Of a stretch of DNA of 64,000 bases, positions 26,301 through 32,999 are shown in pieces (the stretch's first letter is position 1; each line of letters begins with the position of its first letter). Both the position numbers and the translations under genes were made by a program. The DNA is taken from NCBI GenBank assembly GCA_017483575.1, contig JAFUWF010000005.1:114-64113 (forward strand), given 5' to 3'. The DNA comes from Bacteroidales bacterium. Its GTDB lineage: Bacteria > Bacteroidota > Bacteroidia > Bacteroidales > P3. A model generated the notes under the pieces. That model had not been told where the DNA came from, did no database searches, and saw nothing but the letters and a program-made list of their open reading frames with translations.

Positions 26301-29300
26301 CCGTTGCCGACAGCCGTCCAGCATTCGGGCATCATGGCGCCTGCCATGTGGGGACGAATCGACTGGTTGCTGACGTAGCCGGAGAAGTCCTCCTGGTAAG
26401 GCAAAACCTGTGCTGTGGCACAAGGATTGACCGGGGGCTGAGGAGTGGTGGTGTCGGCCGTAGCGGCGTGGACGCTGAGGTTGTCGATGCGGAAGTCGTT
26501 GTCGCTACCGCTGACAGTGCTCTCGCCGTAGAAGGCCAAACGCACCGTCTGTCCGGTGAAGGCAGAGAGCGAGATGCTGGCCTGGGAAACCGTGTTGGAA
26601 ACTGTGGCGAGGGCATAGTCGTCGCGAGCAGTGTCGCTACCCCACAGCGCCACAGGGGTCCAGCTGGTGCCGTTGTCGGTAGTGGCCAGGACGGCAAAGC
26701 GGTCGTCGGCACCGGGAACAGCCTCCGGGGCATCGGCATTGTTGTAGTCGGTCAGCATATAGTCGAACGTCAACTCGGCATTCTCGGTGAGGGAGATTTC
26801 GGGTGTGACAATCCAGTATTTGCACGACGTGCCGTAGATGTTGACCTTGATATGGGGCGACGACTCGAAAGCCGTGGTCGAAAGCGACCAACCACTGCTC
26901 GCGGAGGTCAACGTAGCACTTTGGGTGGAATCAACATAGAGGCCAGAGTACCTGTTCCAGCAGGAAGAGAGCTGCGAAATATTGGTCATATTGTCGAAGT
27001 TCATCTCCCAAGGCAGCGGCATCGGGGCGCACGACGTGGTAAAGCTTGCGCTGCGGGCATTGGTGGGGTTGCTCCAGCAGATGCTGCGGACATCGACGGT
27101 GTAGGTGGTGCTGGGAATGAGACCCGTGAGGGCATAGGTAGTGGCACCCGTGATGGTGATGCTATCGGCATTGACACCATCGCTCCAGCGGACCAGATAC
27201 GAGCCGGCCTCGCTGGGGTCGGTCCACACGAGGGTGGCGCCATAGGCGCTGACGCTGTCAGCCGTGAGGGTAGCCGGACGGTTGCAGCTGCTGATGGTGT
27301 CGACCGTCAGATTGTCAATATAGCTGGTAATAGCGGTGGTGCCAGTGCTGGTCTGCATGATGGCGATGCGGCGGCCCGTGCCGGCATAGCCGCTAAGTTC
27401 CACTTCGAACTCGTTCCAGCCGACGACCGTGGGGGTAAGGGTTGCCAGGCGGGTGAAAGTGGTGGTGTCGGACACGTTGTCGCTGACACCGACGGCTATC
27501 TTCACCTTATTAATATTATATGTTGTCCCTCCGTATTTGTACATAAAACTCACCTTCAGCGTGTTAACACCATCCTCGAATTCGGGCAGGTAGGCTACGC
27601 TGTACTCCTTGATGTCGCTGGTGGTGCCTTTCGAGTACATCTTGAGCGACTTGAAGCCCTCGTAAGCGTTGCCCGAACCCGTGGCGCAGTAGGGGTAGTT
27701 GTTGGTCACCAGGCTGTTGGACGAATTCATATACAGGCGGTTCCAGCAGCGGTTCATGCCCTGCGACTGGGTGGCGGTCCAATCCTCAAAGCCCTCTTCG
27801 AAAGGAAGCTGCGCAACAGGAGCGCAGAGCGTGGACACAGACATTGTTTGCGGCAAAGTAAGGGCACCGTCGCTGCAGACGGAAACCACCCGCAGCTCAT
27901 AGTCGGTCGAAGCCATAATACCGTCAACAACCACGACGGTATCGTAAAAGTCGGCGCTGTCGCTGACACCACCTGCAGTAAGATAGTAACGGTAATGGTT
28001 CACCAACGTGGGGTCGGCAACATGCAGCGTGAATCCGTCAGTAGTGATATTGTCAACACTGATGCTTTGGGCGCGCACGCAGGCGGGCATCTCGTGTACA
28101 TCAATCTCGTCAACATACCACGATTTGGCCGAGCCGCCGGAGGGCAGATAGCGCAGCGCAATGCGGGAACCCGCAGGGGCATCGACAAAGAGACTGGTAC
28201 AGAAGTCAAAACCATTGGTAAACTGCGAACTGGCGTAGCCAACCACGCTGACAAACGAACTGCTGTCAGTTGCATCGGTGACATAGCCCACCTGCAGCGT
28301 GCCGCCATAATTGCCATTCTCCGATGGACGAGCCACAAAACTTATCTCAAGGTTGCTGATTTCCTGGTCAAATTCAGGCAACACCACGATGTCGCGCGAA
28401 TCGCTGTAGTTGCCATAGATACGCATCGTGTAGCCCTCGTCGCCGTAGGCGTAGGTGACGCTCTGCGAACGGGGGAAAACCTCCAGGCGGTCCAACGAAC
28501 GGGCTTTCAGGAAACCCCAACAAGGAAGTGTGCTGTCAGCCACCGCATATCCAAACCCATTGCTCACATCCTCAAACTGGTTGAAGTTCTCGTGATAGGG
28601 GGTGGCGATGATGCCACAGGCTGTGCGGAAAACCGCCTCGGTAACGCCAGTGGTGGTGTCGGCACAGAGCGTGCGAACGCTTACCACATAGCGCATATTG
28701 GGCTGCAAGTCACTGATAGTATAACTGTTGCTGTAAACCTCCACACTGTCGCCAGCGGCGTACACCATGTAGTGGTTTGTCCCGTTGGGGTCAACAATTG
28801 TGATGTCGGCCGACGACGAGGTGACATTCGAGACCAACACCTGCGAAGGTCGCACGCACGAAGGCAACTCGCTTACCGTCACATTGTCCAGATAGGCGGG
28901 TCCGTTGTCATTCGACCGCAGCGCCAGTCTGCCTTCCGTAAAACCGGCAAAGGATACATCGAAGTGTGTCCACCCATTGCCGTCAGGCAGACAGGTGGCG
29001 ATAGGAGTGAACGTGCTGTCGACCGCAACATCGGACATAACACCCACCTTAAAACCATGACGGTAGGTAGACAGAACATCGAAACTCAGCTGCAGAGCCT
29101 CGGGGCTGTCTTCAAAGGGGGGCAGCACAAGAATGGTGGGGCTCGTCACACGGCTACTGACATAGAGACACTTGCCTCCGGAAACGTTGACCGACGTGGA
29201 GTTGTTGACATAAGGGTCGGACGCGCTGTAGGCGTTCTTCAAGTCCCAGCAGAACACCTGGCTGGCAAAGGATACCGAGGAGCTGGAATAGGACATACCG

Positions 29301-30133
29301 TTGTACGACTGGAAGTCTTCGCTCCAGGGCAGGTCCGCGTGGGCAATCGTCACGCAGGGGGTACGGAAGGAAGTGTTGAGTTCGTAGGTCTGTGTGCCGT
29401 CGGAGCAGTTGCTCACGAGAGTCACCTTGTAGGCCGTGTTGGCCGTCAGGCCAGAGAAAGTGTAAGTATGGGTTGTAATAATAGCGCTGTCCACCAGCGT
29501 GGTGCCGGCAAACAGGCGCAGCGTGTAGTTGTTCACATTGGCGGTGTCGTTCACCGTAACGTCAACAGAGGTCGTAGTGATGTTGGCCACGCTGACGCTC
29601 TGCGCCCTTGCGCACGAGGCACCGGCATTGGGGTTGGTGGCAGCGGTGGCGGTGGTGAGGGAGAACATGCACGAGGAGCTGATCTCCATCACGTCGCCGT
29701 CGGCCATGGCCTGCGAGCCGTAGGCACTGGCATAGCTGCCATTGATTGTGTAGCACCAGTAGCTGGCCGACGAACCCGAGACAAGCGAGCCGTCGTTGTA
29801 GTAGAATCCCGTCATGAAGCCGGAACTGATGCCGGTATAGGTCGTGCGCTCGTCGTAGGTGGCAATGGTGTCGAGCATGTTGGCGGCCGTAGCCGAGCCG
29901 TTCCAGTGTACGCCCCAGGCCAGGGCGAAGTTGCCGTTGGGATTGTCGTCCCATCCGATGATGACCACGGCCGAGTTGCTACCCGTGCCCACCCAGTACT
30001 GCACGTCGGAGGCCGAAAAGGTCACCGACTTGCGCTGCGGCGGCAGTTCGTGGCCGTCGTTGTTGCTCAACTGGGCTGTGGCGCCAAACGCCAGCGTCAG
30101 CCCGAGAGCAAGTGTCAATAGTTTTTTTACCAT
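23375..30133 (-). CDS. Giant (2252 aa) T9SS-secreted multidomain surface protein; cobalamin-riboswitch controlled
   Basis: Signal peptide MVKKLLTLALGLTLAFGATAQ. One N-terminal and three C-proximal copies of the Trp-rich module. About six FN3-like plus jelly-roll (choice-of-anchor-like) units. A GPDFAVFEN...LELAFVEVSSDG domain. T9SS CTD (VWPNPATDRVNV...GVYMLRAEGTVHKIVKKR). Confidence 0.85.
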   Translation of the reverse strand: MVKKLLTLALGLTLAFGATAQLSNNDGHELPPQRKSVTFSASDVQYWVGTGSNSAVVIIGWDDNPNGNFALAWGVHWNGSATAANMLDTIATYDERTTYTGISSGFMTGFYYNDGSLVSGSSASYWCYTINGSYASAYGSQAMADGDVMEISSSCMFSLTTATAATNPNAGASCARAQSVSVANITTTSVDVTVNDTANVNNYTLRLFAGTTLVDSAIITTHTYTFSGLTANTAYKVTLVSNCSDGTQTYELNTSFRTPCVTIAHADLPWSEDFQSYNGMSYSSSSVSFASQVFCWDLKNAYSASDPYVNNSTSVNVSGGKCLYVSSRVTSPTILVLPPFEDSPEALQLSFDVLSTYRHGFKVGVMSDVAVDSTFTPIATCLPDGNGWTHFDVSFAGFTEGRLALRSNDNGPAYLDNVTVSELPSCVRPSQVLVSNVTSSSADITIVDPNGTNHYMVYAAGDSVEVYSNSYTISDLQPNMRYVVSVRTLCADTTTGVTEAVFRTACGIIATPYHENFNQFEDVSNGFGYAVADSTLPCWGFLKARSLDRLEVFPRSQSVTYAYGDEGYTMRIYGNYSDSRDIVVLPEFDQEISNLEISFVARPSENGNYGGTLQVGYVTDATDSSSFVSVVGYASSQFTNGFDFCTSLFVDAPAGSRIALRYLPSGGSAKSWYVDEIDVHEMPACVRAQSISVDNITTDGFTLHVADPTLVNHYRYYLTAGGVSDSADFYDTVVVVDGIMASTDYELRVVSVCSDGALTLPQTMSVSTLCAPVAQLPFEEGFEDWTATQSQGMNRCWNRLYMNSSNSLVTNNYPYCATGSGNAYEGFKSLKMYSKGTTSDIKEYSVAYLPEFEDGVNTLKVSFMYKYGGTTYNINKVKIAVGVSDNVSDTTTFTRLATLTPTVVGWNEFEVELSGYAGTGRRIAIMQTSTGTTAITSYIDNLTVDTISSCNRPATLTADSVSAYGATLVWTDPSEAGSYLVRWSDGVNADSITITGATTYALTGLIPSTTYTVDVRSICWSNPTNARSASFTTSCAPMPLPWEMNFDNMTNISQLSSCWNRYSGLYVDSTQSATLTSASSGWSLSTTAFESSPHIKVNIYGTSCKYWIVTPEISLTENAELTFDYMLTDYNNADAPEAVPGADDRFAVLATTDNGTSWTPVALWGSDTARDDYALATVSNTVSQASISLSAFTGQTVRLAFYGESTVSGSDNDFRIDNLSVHAATADTTTPQPPVNPCATAQVLPYQEDFSGYVSNQSIRPHMAGAMMPECWTAVGNGTTQYAYTPNSETSTYFGGIGYSTSTNSFGAIAANDAFLALIGSQIYTGDNADHIADMNATGTSRYAILPTFEQALSQTVLTFDRRTSSNGARLVVGYITSDTATFVGLDTMAADNRVLHHDTVRFSQYAGMPADARLTFKWEVTSTTASTTGPGYRYCGIDNLLVAIDTTTPAPIDTIEPGTITNSDILFWAGHGPDSAIVIINWVDEDDTPTTYAWGLAFDDDEGVFVSDVLDSLDTYDPRFYYHYSRYMGSIFEMDMVRFVDDDDSLYTVTAGVNYYNCLKLDGMMLDASEFEDEWINPGSLIEISTDCYFVYGTVVPVTPPSVTPGPPADPIDATIAFSDILYWVGTGADSAVFIVNYAQPDTAFAWGYLFNGSTTAQTMVNDIAAADPRFWTDGSPSMSGDIHFILDNGDTLGLSPVDPTVGYNFWWTNLNGVSAGAGASSTLHNGDVFKYGDMNSAIGWDFQYGYYMQEAWTKAPTPVSVPDTTTTPVDTTETPVEATIAASDILYWVGEGSNEAVMAVNWADTALAWGYRYNGIATVTDMMDAIAAADPRFSYTGTGFLADILYIDTAAGMTDTLRITAGNYWESKNNGLSDAGMAQALSNGDFEKWSDPAAGIVVDSSSYEYDGVTYWIYTSVYPMTIHPVTVPDTTGTSPVEPPVPEHGPFCGAVGTEGCNAIAADSSAIVAWATGCTVVRGPVDITDPEGPVVHYGADSMAIGPAGTSTTVAVSLGDGGTATLTFATPIRNGEGPDFAVFENSFNDLFLELAFVEVSSDGERFVRFPATSLTQTETQVVSVVDPTFINNLAGKFRVGYGTPFDLEELRDSTGINVDSIVYVRIVDVVGTIDPEYATYDAFGHIVNDPWPTSDTVWGSGGFDLTGVAVLNEYVAPQPIGIEDIDLAIEAVWPNPATDRVNVAVSRSVEAQLFDLSGRMVGSYRLLEGNNVIDLASFAEGVYMLRAEGTVHKIVKKR

Positions 30134-30289
30134 GTTTTAAATACTGTTTTAAAAAGTTAAACAATTAATCGTCTCTCTTCCACAACATCCGGTAAAAAAG
30201 AACTTTCGCAAAACGGGAAAACAGACAATCGCGCACAGAAGACAATCTGCCCTGCCATGGGCAAACAGAGACTCTGCTGACGGTAGGCC

Positions 30290-30495
30290 TTTCCTCGAAA
30301 GCGTCCCGGATATTTTTATCGTTTTGGCAGGTCTTCTGGCTTGCTCCTCTCGGCCCTGTCTTCCCATGCGGCTATGGCGTCACACAGTGACATAACAGAT
30401 TGGACCTCAAACTCTCGAGCTTACAGCAGCGGGACTGCGCCGGACTCTCACCGGCTTCCCTTTTCACACCCTTGCGGGTGACCAAAACGGCTGCA
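30290..30495 (-). promoter_or_regulatory. Cobalamin (B12) riboswitch, copy 2
   Basis: The minus strand reads GGTCACCCGCAAGGGTGTGAAAAGGGAAGCCGGTGAGAGTCCGGCGCAGTCCCGCTGCTGTAAGC...CACTGTGTGACGCCATAGCCGCATGGGAAGACAGGG...GCAAGCCAGAAGACCTGCC. It is a paralogue of copy 1. Confidence 0.85.
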
Positions 30496-30501
30496 AAAAT
30501 A
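30494..30501 (-). promoter_or_regulatory. -7 promoter box (TATTTTTG on minus strand) driving riboswitch copy 2
   Basis: TTTTGTATTTTTGCAG immediately 5' of the riboswitch. Confidence 0.55.
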
Positions 30502-30673
30502 CAAAATAAAACTCATTCCGCCAAAAAAAACTTCTCCTCCCCCACCCCATCCACCATCCGAACCAACCATCAACGGAACGCCAACGGACCATCATCGGAT
30601 CAAAAACGCTCCATCAACGCACCGCCAACCAATCCTCCACAAACCCCTGTCAACCAACCATCAACATCGCCAC

Positions 30674-30792
30674 TTCTCATATCGTATTCATATAGTATTC
30701 ATATACTTCTCATATAGTATTCATATACTGTATATAAGAAGTATATGAGAAGTATATGAATACTATATGTATACTATATAAGAACAGTCGAA
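30674..30792. repeat. AT-rich long imperfect palindrome (family P), copy P2, inverted relative to P1
   Basis: Arms match P1 and are centred at 30729. The asymmetric flank GAACAGTCGA is on the right, the reverse complement of the P1 left flank. Confidence 0.8.
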
Positions 30793-30881
30793 CAAAACAC
30801 CTGTTTGGTGGCAGTTTTTGGGGGGTGAAATTTCTGATGGTGGGCATATAATATTTTCGCGCGTTGTACGTTATTGGGGGT

Positions 30882-32954
30882 ATGAATGTACTACTGCAAG
30901 ACTGGGAGTACCCTCCCTTCGACAAGATAAAGACCGAAGACTACGAGCCCGCGGTGATGGAAGCCATCAGCGAGGCAGAGCATAATATTGAAATGATTGC
31001 CACCAACAGCGAGGCGCCGACGTTCGAGAACACGGTGGAGGCGCTGGAGACGGCGTCGCGACGGCTGGACCGCATCAGTGCGGTGATGATGAACCTCAAC
31101 GAATGCTGCACCAACGACGAGCTGCAGGCCGTGGTGATGCGGCTGGAACCGCTGATGACTCGCTTCAGCATGAAGGTGATGACGGACGAGAGGTTGTACC
31201 GGAGAGTGTTGGAAGTGGAGCGTGGAGGGATGAGGGATGAAAAAGGAGAAAGGAAAAAAGAGGAGGTGGAGCGGCGGACGTTGATGGAGAACACGCTGAA
31301 GGGTTTCCGCCGTCACGGTGTGGCCCTGCCGGAGGAGGAGCGCGAGGAGTTCAAGCGTAATGCCGAGGAGCTGAGCGAGTTGCAGGTCCGTTTTGGCCAG
31401 AACGCCCTGGGGGACTTGAACGACTGGACGTTGCATCTGTGCGACGAAGCCGACCTGGAGGGGTTGCCTCAGGCGGTGCGCGACGCGGCACGCGAGGAGG
31501 CCCAGACCCGGGGCCTCGAAGGATGGGTGTTCACGCTGTCGGCACCGTCGTATGTTCCCTTCATGACCTACAGCGCCCGGCGCGACCTGCGCGAACGGAT
31601 GTACCGGGCCTACGGTAGCGTTGGCGGCAGGGGAAACGAGAGGGACAACAACGGGGTGATCCGCCGCATTGTGGAGCTGCGTGCCGAGCAGGCACGGTTG
31701 CTGGGCTATGACACCTACTGCGACTATGTGCTCGAGGACCGTATGGTGCAGAGTCTGCCGAACCTGCAGCGATTCATGCAGGAACTGAAGGCGGCGGTGC
31801 TCCCGGCGGCGCTACGCGAGAGGGAAGAGGTGAGAGGTGAGAGTTATGAGTTAAGAGTTAAGAGTTATGAGTTAAGAGGGAAGAGGGAAGAGGGAAGAGG
31901 TGAGGAGTTGATGCCGTGGGACTTCAGTTTCTACAGCGAACAGCTCAAGCAGCAGCGCTACGACCTCGACAGCGAGGCCCTGCGGCCCTACTTCCCGCTG
32001 GAGGCGGTGCGCGAGGGCATCTTCGGACTCTACGGGAAGCTCTACGGCCTGCACTTCGAACCCGCGCCGGACATCCCCGTCTACCACGAGGACGTACGCG
32101 TGTACCGCGTCAGCCGGCTCGGCGTAGGCGACGGCACCGCCGCTGCCATGGGCATCCTCTACCTCGACATGCACCCACGGCCCTCCAAGCGCAGCGGCGC
32201 CTGGATGACGGAGTTCCGCGGGCAGTACGGGAAGGTAAGACCGCAGATACAGGTGGTGTGCAACTTCTCGAAGCCCACAGCCGACACACCGGCCCTGTTG
32301 CGTTTCTCCGAGGTGGAGACCTTCATGCACGAGATGGGACACGCCATGCACGGGATGCTGAGCGAAGTGGAGTACGAAAGCCTGAGCGGCACCAACGTGA
32401 AGAGGGACTTCGTGGAGATGCCGTCGCAGGTGATGGAGAACTGGTGCTACGAGCCGGAGTTCCTGGCCACCTTTGCGCGCCACTATCAGACGGGCGAGGC
32501 GTTGCCGACGGAATACGTGGAGAAGATACGTGCGGCACAGAACCACATGGCCGGATGGCTCTGTCTGCGCCAGCTGAACCTGGGCATGACCGACATAGCG
32601 TTCCACACGATGGGAGTGGAAAACGGAGAGTGGAAAGCGGAGGAGGTGGAGGCGAAGGCCATGGAGAACCTGCTGCCGAGGGTGGCGGGTTGCTGTACGG
32701 CCACCAACTTCAGCCACATCTTCGGTGGTGGCTATGCCAGCGGATACTACGGATACAAGTGGGCCGAGGTGCTGGATGCCGACATCTTCAGCCGTTTCAA
32801 GCACGACGGTATCTTCAATGCCGAGACGGCGGAGGCCTTCCGCCGCGAAGTGCTCAGCCGCGGGGGCACAGAGCATCCCGCCGTGCTGTTTAGGAATTTC
32901 ATGGGCCGTGACCCCGACAACAAGGCCCTGCTTAAAAGAATGAACCTGATCTAG
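30882..32954 (+). CDS. dcp: M3-family peptidyl-dipeptidase (Dcp-like zinc metallopeptidase)
   Basis: HEMGHAMH zinc motif. N-terminus MNVLLQDWEYPPFDKIKTEDYEPA is typical for Dcp. ATG at 30882 preferred over the TTG at 30864. Contains two low-complexity in-frame inserts. Confidence 0.85.
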   Translation: MNVLLQDWEYPPFDKIKTEDYEPAVMEAISEAEHNIEMIATNSEAPTFENTVEALETASRRLDRISAVMMNLNECCTNDELQAVVMRLEPLMTRFSMKVMTDERLYRRVLEVERGGMRDEKGERKKEEVERRTLMENTLKGFRRHGVALPEEEREEFKRNAEELSELQVRFGQNALGDLNDWTLHLCDEADLEGLPQAVRDAAREEAQTRGLEGWVFTLSAPSYVPFMTYSARRDLRERMYRAYGSVGGRGNERDNNGVIRRIVELRAEQARLLGYDTYCDYVLEDRMVQSLPNLQRFMQELKAAVLPAALREREEVRGESYELRVKSYELRGKREEGRGEELMPWDFSFYSEQLKQQRYDLDSEALRPYFPLEAVREGIFGLYGKLYGLHFEPAPDIPVYHEDVRVYRVSRLGVGDGTAAAMGILYLDMHPRPSKRSGAWMTEFRGQYGKVRPQIQVVCNFSKPTADTPALLRFSEVETFMHEMGHAMHGMLSEVEYESLSGTNVKRDFVEMPSQVMENWCYEPEFLATFARHYQTGEALPTEYVEKIRAAQNHMAGWLCLRQLNLGMTDIAFHTMGVENGEWKAEEVEAKAMENLLPRVAGCCTATNFSHIFGGGYASGYYGYKWAEVLDADIFSRFKHDGIFNAETAEAFRREVLSRGGTEHPAVLFRNFMGRDPDNKALLKRMNLI

Positions 32955-32999
32955 ACGCTCCAGAACGCCTGGAGCCTTTGGACAAAAACAATTGGAAAT

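Noticed and set aside
23351-30121. 2256 aa ORF on the plus strand, mirroring the giant minus-strand gene
   Set aside because: Its translation is Gly/Val/Asp/Ala/Arg-rich low-complexity sequence with no signal peptide or motifs. The minus-strand frame has a signal peptide, FN3-like repeats and a T9SS CTD. Long antisense ORFs are expected in GC3-rich genes.
10238-30792. Composite transposon or genomic island bounded by the inverted P1/P2 palindromes
   Set aside because: The segment contains core genes (uvrB, an LTA-synthase-family gene) and no transposase. A third P copy elsewhere shows that the repeat is dispersed. I kept only the weaker inversion/regulatory hypothesis as a finding.
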